The position numbers and the translations under genes were made by a program. The notes beneath the pieces were generated by a model. That model had not been told where the DNA came from. It saw only the letters and a list, made by a program, of their open reading frames with translations, and searched no databases. A stretch of DNA of 64,000 bases from the NCBI RefSeq assembly GCF_009914755.1, contig NC_060940.1; one strand, 5' to 3'. The DNA is from the human T2T-CHM13v2.0 reference genome, Homo sapiens. Positions within the stretch are counted from its first letter, which is position 1; every line of letters starts with the position of its first letter. Shown here in pieces: positions 29,725 through 42,273 of this stretch.

Positions 29725-30271
29725 TGAAACATGGCAGACGACGTAGACCAGCAGCAAACTACCAACACTGTGGAGGACCCCCTGGATCTTAGGCTCAGCC
29801 CAGAGGAGCGAATTTGTGTGAAAATGAGAAACGACCGAGAGCTTCGAGGCAGATTACATACTTATGATCAACATTTAAATATGATCTTGGGAGACGTGGA
29901 AGAAACTGTGACTACTATAGAAATTGATGAGGAAACATATGAAGAGACATATGAATCAACAAAACAGAATATTCCAGTGTTCTTTCTCCGGGGAGATGGC
30001 ATTTTCCTGGTTCCCCCTCCACTGAGAGTTGGCTGAAACAAAGAATTTGTCATGTATGGAAAACAGGAGACTTTGTACAGTGGCCTCTCTAAAGGTGCAA
30101 GATATTCAAAAGAGAAACCCGCATACATTTGGATATTAAGAAATAATTCTGGGGATTCTTCCGCTCCTGAAATGAGTTGATTTGCAGATAATTCACAACT
30201 TCTTAAGCTAAATGGTATTTTCGTTTTTCTCAAGCTCTTCCAATAAATATGACCACCAAGATTTTTTTTTC

Positions 30272-30303
<32 letters not shown>
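29725..30303 (+). pseudogene. LSM3P5: Processed pseudogene/retrocopy of LSM3 (U6 snRNA-associated Sm-like protein); ORF 29731-30036 is open; probably LSM3P5
   Basis: Intronless [17 protein letters not shown]...[15 protein letters not shown] closely resembles recalled LSM3 (102 aa). Followed by 3'UTR, AATAAA at 30242-30247, A30 at 30274-30303 and a 14-bp TSD (29711-29724 / 30304-30317). LSM3 origin is very secure; the P5 number is from memory. Confidence 0.93.
30242..30247 (+). terminator. Polyadenylation signal AATAAA carried by the LSM3 retrocopy
   Basis: AATAAA 26 nt upstream of the retroposed poly(A). Confidence 0.8.
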
Positions 30304-30305
<2 letters not shown>

Positions 30306-30807
30306 AGAATCGCTTGAACCCGGGAGGTGGAGCAGTGAGCCAAGGTCATGCCACTGCACTCCAGCTTGGGCAACAGAGCGAGACTCTGTCTCAAAATAAA
30401 TAAATAAAAATGCATATATGTATATTTGTGTGAATCATATACACATATATAAAATATATGTATCATATACATATATATCACATTTCTTTTTCTAGTGTGT
30501 GTGTACCTTGATTTATGTCTCACATATTCAAAATAACTCAACTTGTTTAAAATAAGAGCACAACCTATTTAAGTAGTAAAGATTCAAAGCCTTCTTCTAA
30601 AATGCTTAACTTTCCTGTGGATTTGTGGACCCGTGGGAAAATCTCAGTCCCCAGGCAGGAAGGAAGGAGATATGACACATCTCTAGTTTGTTGTAAGTCG
30701 CCTACCCTAGACCTCATCTCCAGTGCTCTGAATGTGGAGAGGTAGGTGCAGGGCAGTGGGATAGAGAGGTGCACTTTGAAAGACTATCACATGGAAACAA
30801 AAGTTCC

Positions 30808-31138
<331 letters not shown>

Positions 31139-32582
31139 TCACCCAATCAAGGATTAAATGGCCAATTCCTAAATGATGCCTACCTTTTTATGGCCATGTA
31201 TACCTTTGCCTCAGTACTACTGGCATTTGCTGACATCCATTTATCAAGATACAGGGATGGATTTCTAGAAGGCCCAGGCAGGGGTGCTGGCCAGGAGACA
31301 CCAGGCATAGACCTTCCTTTCTCAGAGCCTTCGTGGCCCCTAGTTTGAATCTTTGAGTCACTGCAGTAAAGTTCCTGATGTTTGACAGTACTCCTTATGA
31401 AGGGAGTCATATGAGTTGCTAGCTGGGTTCTCTGGATGGTGGTGTCATGCCAACATGGGAGCCACTAGCACAAAGAACATGCTAGGTTCTGTTGAGACCT
31501 GACTTTGGGAATAGCATAGGTACTTATCTTTCTCAGCACCACACAAACACACTCCAGAATGCAAAGGAACCTGCACTGTGCCATCTTGCTTCTCCCTGCA
31601 TAGCCACTTCTCTTTCCAGTGGTGTTTGTATTTTGGTTCATTCAATCAATGAATGATTGATTGAATCAACCACTTGGTCCCTTCAATCTGTAACCTTCCT
31701 GCAACACTGTCTTTGTGATGTTATCATAACCTTGATTTTTGAGGGATAGAATTGGGCATAATCACAGAAAACGTGGTCTGGGACACATTTGTGGGCTATT
31801 CTATGCCAAACATTTCCATATCATTAATGTTCAACACAGCTTTGTGGTGTTGGAGATAGGATTATCATTGTTAGGATGGTTATTATCAATACTAGCTGTG
31901 ATTATTGATCACTTCCACATGCCAGGCACAGTGCTGGGTGCTACATATTTATTACCTAATTTATAGCTTGCTGCACTCTTGCTGGGTATGTGTAATTATT
32001 CCCATTTCACCCGATCCCTGGGAGTTTGGTGAATTAATCACCCAGCATCCAAATAGCTAACCGGTAGCAGAGCTGGGATTCAAACTCAGTTAGGCTGACT
32101 TCTGTGCCTGTTTCCTTGCCTAAGCGGTGGACGCATTGAGTAGGAGAAGGCCAGTTATTCCTCTTTGTCACTGATACAACTGGGGACCTGTTGCCGGAGA
32201 TGTGGAGCTGTGCATTAGGGCTGGGTAGAACACACATAATGAACCATATGCACGAGAACTTTTTCATCTTTCTGCATACACTTGGAACTAGTTCTTTGTT
32301 TTTGTAAAAGCATCATGCACCAGGTAAAATGTTTAATAACACAGAGAAATCTAATTGTCAAGTATCTTCTCAACACACATTAATCAACAATTCTCCTATC
32401 GAAAGATAACCTTTTGTATTTACAAAAAAAAGAAGAAAAAGTGCTGTCATCAGTAAATTCATTCATGTATGTTATACACTTACATACAAAATGTATCTAT
32501 TTGATTAAATTAGAACTCTGCTAATGAATTACTTTCCTTGATTGCACAGTAATAAAGTCAATGTTGTAAATATAATAATTAT

Positions 32583-32878
32583 AGCCAAGTGCAGTGGCTT
32601 ACACCTGTAATCCCGGCACTTTGGGAGGCTGAGGTGGGCAGATCACTTGAGGTCAGGAGTTTGAGACCAGCCTGGCCAACATGGTGAAACCCTGTCTCTA
32701 CTAAAAATACAAAAATTAGCTGGGTGTGGTGGCACATGCCTGTAATCCCAGCTACTCAGGAAGCTGAGGACTGAGAATCGCTTGAACCTGGGAAGTGGAG
32801 TATGCAGTGAGCCGAGATAATTCTACTGCACTCCAGCCTGAGCAACAGAGCAAGACTCCGTGTCAAAAAATAAATAAT
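32583..32878 (+). mobile_element. AluS followed by (TG)n
   Basis: Forward dimer; (TG)n at about 32882-32898. Confidence 0.93.
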
Positions 32879-34508
32879 ATATGTGTGTGTGTGTGTGTAT
32901 GTACATGAATTATATACAAATGAGGGAAAATATACAAATGAGTTGAATATATACAAATGAGGGAAAAATTGTTCCTTGTGTCAGGAACAATTACTGTGAA
33001 TTTTGTGTAGCTCTTCCTGACTTTTTAAAATTCAAATATATTTCATAAAGTTGAAATCACACTGTGGTCTTTTTTTTTTTTTTTTTTTTAACCAGACATA
33101 CAGTGGCCATGTTTCTATGTCAATACATACTGTTTGGCAGTACAGTTGTACTGACTTGACATTATAGCTTCATAACTTAGTAAATTAATCCCTTATTGCT
33201 GGGCACAGATTCTGTTTTCCATTTTTTCAGTCATGAGCAACGTTGCTGGTTTACCTGGGCTAAATAAGAAGTTTAAATGTAAATAGATAATTCTTGAGAA
33301 AGCTTCTTCCTGTATATACTCTTTCTGCAGCAGTGTCTGAGTGTCTGTACCTTCCTATACCTTCACCATATCATGTATTTGTCATTTTATAGTGAGTTGT
33401 ATTACTTGCTAGGTGAGCTGGTATCTCCTCTGATAACACAAAGAAGGCCTGGGTTTGCTTGGCAATTTGTTCCAATATTCTTTTCAGTTTTAAATAAGTT
33501 TTGAACAAAAAGTTTTAGCATTTTACATAAAAACCTCTAAAGCTCTCAGGCTAATTAGTAATGTAGCATATACAAATTAAGTTTTTTTCTGCTGTGCTTA
33601 ATTCTTATTAACACACTCATCATGAGAGCCCCCAAATTGCTGTAAGGAGCACATTTAGAAAACATATAAAGGATCGATAGTTGGTACTTAAGAAATCGTT
33701 GAAACACCTTTTCTTTTTTAATCTATCTTAGAGCTGAAAGATAAAAAGACTTAAAATGAGTTAGAATATGAGTTTTTCAGCATCTTATAGCTTATGAGTT
33801 AAAGCAAGATTTAAAAAATACATTTAACATACTAAATATTTCAAAAGCTACAGAGATACCGTAACATTTAAAAAAATAAATTTTCATTGTGGAAATCAAC
33901 TGCCACAAAAACACAACCTTTTACGAGACAACGTGATGTGCATGAGAAGCCCTGATGTTGAGAAGCTCATAATTCGGTGTGAGAAACACACAAGGCATGA
34001 TGCCATTCCCATCTGGGATGAACAGGGAAGACTTCCTGGGAGAGGTGACTATGGACTTAATTTTGCTTTGACACAGCAAAAACATGAGGAATGAATTTTG
34101 TGACTTGGAAGATTGTTAGTTTTCTGTGGAGGGAACAACACTCATCTTGCAAATTTGCCTTCACTATTCAATCATTAGAAAATAATTTTAAATGAGCTTA
34201 GCAGTTCTCAGAATTTTGGATTTCAGGAAACAAACTTTTTAAAAACAAAACAAAAAGGAGGATACGAATTTAAGCTTGTCAAAAAGATTTTCCCCCAAAA
34301 GAAAAACACATTAAAAACAACGACAAAAATCAACAAAAACTAACACTATTCCCCCATCAACAATCAATATTACTTTCTAAAAGCAAGGGCGTTTTGACAC
34401 CAGATATTGTGAGGACATCCACCTGCTCTAAGGGACAGCCATTTCACTGGTGTTCTGTCAATTTTTATTTTGAACTAATTTTAGACTCACATAGAAGTTG
34501 GAGAAGTA

Positions 34509-34814
34509 GGCTGGGCACAGTGGCTCATGCCTGTAATCCCAGCACTTTGGGAGGCCGAAGCGGGCTGATCCCTTGAGGCCAGGAGTTCAAGACCAGCCTG
34601 GTCAAATAGTGAAATCCTGTCTCTACTAAAAATACAAAAATTAGCCTGGCATGGCAGCGCACACCTGTAATCCCAGATACTTGGGAGGCTGAGACATGAG
34701 AATCACTTGAAGCTGGGAGCTGGAGGCTGCAGTGAGCCAAGCGGAGTGCCACTGCACTCCAGTCTGGGCGACAGAGTGAGACTCTGTCTCAAAAAAAAAA
34801 AAAAAAAAAAAAAA
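34509..34814 (+). mobile_element. AluS/J
   Basis: Forward dimer; TSD AAGTTGGAGAAGTA / AAGTTGCAGAAATA. Confidence 0.92.
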
Positions 34815-35013
34815 GTTGCAGAAATAGCAATATTTCACAGTACCTCTACTTTCTTCTAATTTTAGCAGTTTACCTAATCATGGTATAATAATCAAAACTA
34901 GAAAATAGACAATGGTGCTAAATATTAACTATACTTGTTACTCAAATTTCACCACTAAAGCAGTGTCATCTTTTTATTCCAGGATCTAGTCCAGGATGCC
35001 ACATTATATTTAA

Positions 35014-35352
<339 letters not shown>

Positions 35353-35816
35353 TGATAGTTGCTTACTTATTTCCTTCTTTCTGATCTTGAGACCTTGATT
35401 TGTCCAGTATTTTCTCATCATTAGCTGAGTGTAAGCATTTTTTGGCAAGAACATTATAAAAATGATGTGGTATCTTTCTTAGTATATTATCTCAGGTAGA
35501 ACATAATGTTGATCTGTCTCATCCCTGGTAATGTTAACCTTGATCACTTGGTTAAGGTGATGTCTGCTGAGTTTTTCCAATGAAATGTTATCAATTTTTC
35601 CTTTGAAATTCATAATTATTTGAAGGGAGATGTTTTGAGATGATGCTGGCAGCCCCGTTTTCCTTAAACTTTCACATGCTGACTTTCTATTGTTGGATCT
35701 TGCCTGCAGCAGTGTTTACCATGATGCTTGGCTAGTGGTGACTATGTATTTCCCTTACTCTTTTTATAGTCAGTAATTGGAATTCTTCTGAAGAAAGAGC
35801 TATCCCTTCTCCCCCA

Positions 35817-36201
<385 letters not shown>

Positions 36202-36544
36202 TGATTTATTAATACCTCCATTTATTCTGTTGCTGAAACCATTCCAGCTTTTTCTGGTTGGCTTCTATGAAGGACGCTATTTTAATGGGGTGATTTTTTT
36301 CTTCTCACTACATTCTTCCTCACTCCCCACTTTTTATGTCCGGTGGCCATAGGCTGGTGAGAACTTTGTTTTGAACAGTTGAAGGTCTGCTGTTAGGGAC
36401 GTGCTAATCTAGGGAATTGTACTGAACTCGTGGGAGCATGTTAGTATCAGATGTGTGCCTTGTCCGTCTTGCTTGTAGGAAGAACAAGAGACGAGACACA
36501 GCAAGGTGATGATGGGTATGTGAAGCAGGATAAAGAAAAAAACA

Positions 36545-36865
<321 letters not shown>

Positions 36866-37348
36866 TCTTGGTGCTTGTAGGAGAGGCATTTATTTCTTTT
36901 AGGACTGGACGGGGCTTGGAGGGTTTCCAGGAAACAGCCTCAACCTAAAAATAGTAGACACAGTTCATGAAGAACTTACTATGTGTCCAGTAGATAAATA
37001 TACCACAAGCATTATCTTCTTTAATCATCTCACAATCTTATGAAGGAGATACTAATATTTTGCTTGCAAAGATGAGGGAAGTGAGTTTTCAAAGTTGCTA
37101 AATGCGTAAAGGAGGTGGTGGTGTCAGAATGTTATCCTGCTCAGATGGTTGCATGGGACAGTGTCCAGAGGAAGGCCTCTGATTCCTTCCCCAGCATTAG
37201 GCAATATTCAAGTCTTCAGTTCCATGTGTAGGGGAGAAGACTTTCCTTCTGCTCCCTAATGACAGTGGTACCCACACCCGTATTCCACCATAAAATCTTT
37301 TTTATTCAGTATTAGGAAAAAAGAAACATCTTTCCGTCCAGTGGTCAC

Positions 37349-37395
37349 TGTGTGTGTATGTGTTTGTGTGTGTGTGTGTGTATGTGTCTGTGTGT
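37349..37395. repeat. Imperfect (TG)n microsatellite
   Basis: Direct read. Confidence 0.9.
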
Positions 37396-37501
37396 TCACC
37401 GTGCTGTGTGAATTGTGGCTTTAAATGTATTCCTGTCAATTCCATATATTTTTAAAATGTTGCTTTTAGAGTATGTGCAAGTTTGGGGCATTTTTGAGGG
37501 C

Positions 37502-37795
37502 TTTTTTTTTTGACGGGGTCTTAATATGTCACCCAGGCTGCAGTGCAGTGGCGCGATGACAGCCCACTCCAGCCCCAAACTCCCAAGCTCCAGTGATTTT
37601 CCTTCCTCAGACCCCAAAGTAGCTGGGACCACAGGTGCACACCACCACTTCCAGCTGATTATTTAAAAAAAATTTTGTAGTGACAGTGTCTTGCTGTGTT
37701 TCCCAGGCTGTTCTTGAACTCCTGGGCTCAACTGATCTTCCCAGCTTGGCCTCCCAAAGTGCTGGGAATACAGGTGTGAGCCACTATCCCAGGCC
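37502..37795 (-). mobile_element. AluJ
   Basis: Diverged reverse dimer. Confidence 0.9.
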
Positions 37796-39254
37796 AGTTT
37801 TAACTCACAATGATTTCATAAGAAATCCACATCTGAGAGTCCCAGAAGGTAAGATATTCCCCTTTCTTCTAAATATACTTGACCACCACCATTCAGGTTC
37901 TTCTATTAACCCTCCTATATTTGCCAACCCTCAACCTGTTAGAAACAAGAAATGGGACTCTGGAGTAGATGTTAGCAACATCATGAGCTCAAACCCCTCC
38001 AGCTTACAGCGGAGACAGTGAGGTCCTGTAGGATGAGGTTGGAGAGCAGGAACTTGCCCGAGGTCATGTGCAGAGTTCGAGGCAGGGCCTGGATGGGAAG
38101 CCCAGCATGGAGACCCCAGGCCGTCTCTCCGCCATCTTGTTGTGATGCTTCCGGAAGAATGCCTGTCACTCTTGCTGACATCCGACTGACCAAGTGGGCA
38201 AGAGGAATTCTTCAAAACAATTTAATAAATGCTTACATTTTCTCTTGGCCCCGTGCCACATCCCCCCACTCAGTCTTGTTTTCAAGGTTGAAGGTTCCTT
38301 CAGAGCTAGTGACCTTGCCCTTCCTGGCCTGTGGATGTCGCTCTCTATCCGTAACCCTCCTTTCCAGCGACCCTGTTTGCAGCAAAGACTATAATTTTAT
38401 TTTGGGTTTGGATATACTGATTACATTTTAGCTTCTGGTATATTTTCTTACCTGTCACAGCCATTAAATTTATTTTAATAGTTACTCTACTCTCCTGATA
38501 GCCACTAAAGGGGGAATTGGATATTGTCTATCAATTGGTTGGTCTCTGAACTAAGGCTGTATCTAATTACAAGGCATTGTATCGGTTCTGATTTATTAAC
38601 CATTTACTTGGCTTTGGAGAAGGCAGCATTTTTAGTAGTACTGTTGAGCCTGCATGTAGCTTTTCCAGGAGGGCAGGGTGCCCGGAATATCTGATCTTAC
38701 AGTTATTACTTTGTGTCATATATAATTTTGTTTTCTCCCTGCAACAAATAAATCTTTGGGACTCCGGAAGAAAAAAAAATGGGAAAGAAAAAAAAAATTT
38801 GTGGTTACAGTATAATAAAAATAAACTGTTTGTCGTGACTGCAGCTGACATTTATCAGCCTGTTTGTGGGTGCTCTTTCTCTCTCTCTATAATACAGAAC
38901 ATAATTTGTCACTTTGTAAATACATTCCAGTCTAAATCCCTGCCAGCATCTGTTAGTGTTTGAAGGATTAATGTGCTACCCTGTGTATGTCTGCACTTCC
39001 AGGGAACAGTGTAGCATCTGATTACAGATCTTGGGAGAGCAGGAGGGAACAAGGTGTTTTCTGTGCTTTTTCCTACATGCAGTCGTTTTGGCCTTTTTCT
39101 GATTTTTCTTGTCTTTATCCCATTCTGTCTAGGTACCTGGAATTTCATTCTTTACAAAGATGTTCCTGGTCCCCAACCTTTCTTCTGTCTGTGATAGTCA
39201 CAGCTGAAGTCATAGTATTTTCTGTGTACTATGGGTTGAGCTGTGGGTAATTCT

Positions 39255-39435
39255 TTGGGGCCGGTTAGACTTGGGTTCAAATTCTTTCTCCAACTAGTTT
39301 ATGAGCTTAAGTTATGTGATTTCCATTTCTTCACTTGCAAAATGAAGATGCTAATACCTACTTCTTGAAGATGCTGAGGTTGAGGGAAGAAATAAATGTT
39401 AATGCAAAGTGCCCAGTTTAGTGCCTGCCAAGAGT
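39255..39435 (+). mobile_element. MIR
   Basis: AGACTTGGGTTCAAATTC...CCATTTCTTCACTTGCAAAATGAAGATGCTAATACCTAC. Confidence 0.7.
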
Positions 39436-40765
39436 AACTGGTGGGTCTGTGTCACCTTCTGACATTATCAGTGTGATTGTCTCCAACGCATCCATGGAAG
39501 TGAAACCGTTGGAGGAAGCTAATGCCGTGAGCCAGCTGTTGGTTATGTTTTTGTTTTGTTTTTCTTTTTTACTTGCTGGATAGTGGGTTCTATTTATTGA
39601 GAAATATTTACATCCGTCTAAATCAGGTGCTTGCTAGGGTTCTTGGCACACAGAGCATCCCACCAATAAACTGTGGTTCCCAACAAGGCTTGCAACTGAA
39701 TCTGGGCAACAATGAACATGACTTCAATAATGACAAAAAGATTCAGATTCCTGCTGGAAGGTCCATATGTGCTGTCCCCAGTAGGATTCTGGAATTCCCT
39801 GAATCATAGTGTTGCTTGTAATTCTTTCCACATTATGAAGTGGCTCTATAGACTGCCTACCACCTTGTATCTACTGCTGTCGTTTAGATTAGGAACAGAT
39901 TGCCAGATGTGGAAGAAATAGCCTCATTAGTAACTTTTCTGTAAGCAATCTCCTTATTTCTTGTTTTTTGTTCTTTTGTTTTTTGTGTGTGCTTCTGCGT
40001 GCCCCTCCTCTATGGCTCCCCCCACCAAATTTCTGTGTCTTCATTTGCAACTCTCTTTTCTCCAGTAAAGAGGAAAGTGTATAGTTCTCCTTTCCTTACA
40101 GAAACATTATTTTGTTATTGTTGTTTTGGTTTGGGTTTCTGAAGTATAAATGCATATGAACTGGACAGAAGTATTATGCCCATGTGCCAGGTGGCCAAGA
40201 TGGGGCTTGTGATTTGAAGCTTCTTTTCCTAGATTCAGGAAAGTATCACTGGTTAATCAGGGAATACATCTTTCGGCCCATTGGAAAATGTCTGTTCTTA
40301 GCACCCTAAATGCCCAGGTATTAGCATACTTGGGAAATGTGTAGAAACCCCTATTTCAATTTACTGACCATTTTTGGTAAATTCCTAGAGATGCCAAAAT
40401 GCATTTCAAAAAGCTTTCATGTTCAAGAAGACTTGTGGAATGATAGAAAACATTTAACGCTGTTATGTACGAAGTGAAATACTGTTAAACTTTTAGATTA
40501 TTTAATAGAAGACACATTTTACAAGGCAAAGTGTTTAGATATGCTCCCTCCTATGCCTATCCACACATCCTTAACTCTTCACGTTGTTTGAGACTGTTAG
40601 GCTGTTTTTTTATTGTATATTTCATCAAATAGTGGGTGATAAAACAACAGACACTCTAAGGAATGGCATGACATTCTCCTTTCTTCTCCTGCATTCATTG
40701 GAACCTGAATGTAGTATTAATTATAAGACTGTTAGACTTCAGGGGACTACACTCTTATTCTAAAA

Positions 40766-40982
40766 TAGTGGTCAACTAACTGTGCCCTTCAGACAGAATT
40801 CCTGCCCAGCACCTGGCTTTGTAATTAAAGTTTTACTGGAACAGAGGAATACCAGTTAATTTATATCTCGTCTGTTGCCACTTTTGCTTTCATGCTATTA
40901 AAGCTGAGTATTTGGGAGATACTTGAAAAATCTAAAATGCTTACTATCTGGCCCTTTAGAGAAAAGGTTTTCCAATCTCTGT
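40766..40982. mobile_element. MER58A-like DNA transposon
   Basis: TTTGTAATTAAAGTTTTACTGGAACA and TTACTATCTGGCCCTTTAGAGAAAAGGTTT. Confidence 0.8.
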
Positions 40983-41192
40983 TCTAGAGGATTCGTGGTC
41001 ATTTGGAAAGAAAAGTATGTTAAGACAAAATGAGCAGGTGGTTGGATTAGTATTTTCTTTCTACACATATAGAAACTGTTCCTATCATACCTGACTCAGT
41101 TTTCAAACTTGCTTAATCCAAAGCCTGGGGGGTGGATGTAGGAGAGAAGTTGAAATTAGCTGGGGTTTTTTTTTTGTATCACAAAAGTTACA

Positions 41193-41497
41193 TTTTTTTT
41201 TTTTTTTTTTTTTTTTAAGACGTAGTCTTGCTCTGTTGCCCAGGCTGGAGTGCAGTGGTGTGATTTCGGCTCACAGCAAGCTCTGCCTCCCAGGTTTACG
41301 CCATTCTCCTGCCTCAGCCTCCTAAGTAGCTGGTACTACAGGTGCCTGCCACCACGCCCGGCTAATTTTTTATATTTTTAGTAGAGACAGGGTTTCACCA
41401 TGTTAGCCACTTTGGTCTCAATCTCCTGACCTCGTGATTCAACTGCCTCGCCCTCCCAAAGTGCTGGGATTACAGGCGTGAGCCACCGCACCCAGCC
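41193..41497 (-). mobile_element. AluY
   Basis: GCAAGCTCTGCC and TTTACGCCATTCTCC Y diagnostics; AAAAGTTA on both sides. Confidence 0.92.
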
Positions 41498-41525
41498 GAA
41501 AAGTTATAATTTTAATGGTCTAAAT

Positions 41526-41746
41526 CAAATTTGTTCAACCTGCAGCCTGTGGGCACATGTGGCCCAGGACAGCTTTGCAGCCCAACACAAATGTATAAAC
41601 TTGCTTAAAACATGATGAGATATTTTTTGCCATTTTTTTTCAACTCATCAGCTATCATTAGGGTTAGTGTATTAATATTTTATGCACAGCCCAAGATAAT
41701 TCTTTGTCCAGTGTCACCCAGGGAAGCCAAAAGATTGGACACCCTG
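41526..41746 (-). mobile_element. MER30 DNA transposon
   Basis: CTCATCAGCTATCATTAGGGTTAGTGT...CCCAGGGAAGCCAAAAGATTGGACACCC. Confidence 0.85.
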
Positions 41747-41924
41747 GGAATAAAACAGAAAAAAGGTGTAAAAGGCTTCGAGTTCATGGACAGAACAACC
41801 TTTTTTTAAGTAAAGTATTTACGGATGTGGCCCCTTTGTAATCTCCTGGGCTCAGGGATAATTTCCAGGCTGGGGAGAAGGTTGTGTCATGGAGACAGCA
41901 GTACTGTTTTGGAAGGAGAATTGA

Positions 41925-42273
<349 letters not shown>

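Larger units (their letters stand above)
29523..30410 (+). mobile_element. AluS (Sc8-like) split in two by the LSM3 retrocopy (left part 29523-29724, right part 30304-30410)
   Basis: Left arm and linker run to ...GGCTGAGACCGAAGAATTACTTGA and resume as GAAGAATCGCTTGAACCCGGGAGG after the poly(A). Outer TSD ATAAAAATGCAT(G/A)TATG at 29505-29521 and 30404-30420. Confidence 0.93.

Noticed and set aside
29523-29800. LSM3 retrocopy as a spliced terminal exon of WWOX
   Set aside because: No convincing polypyrimidine tract plus AG upstream of or within its 5' end.
29868-30359. 163-aa antisense ORF over the LSM3 retrocopy
   Set aside because: Starts in an Alu, runs through poly-T (poly-Phe) and is a shadow of the sense ORF.
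38018-38431. 137-aa ORF
   Set aside because: Begins in MIR-like DNA; no recognisable domain or exon boundaries.
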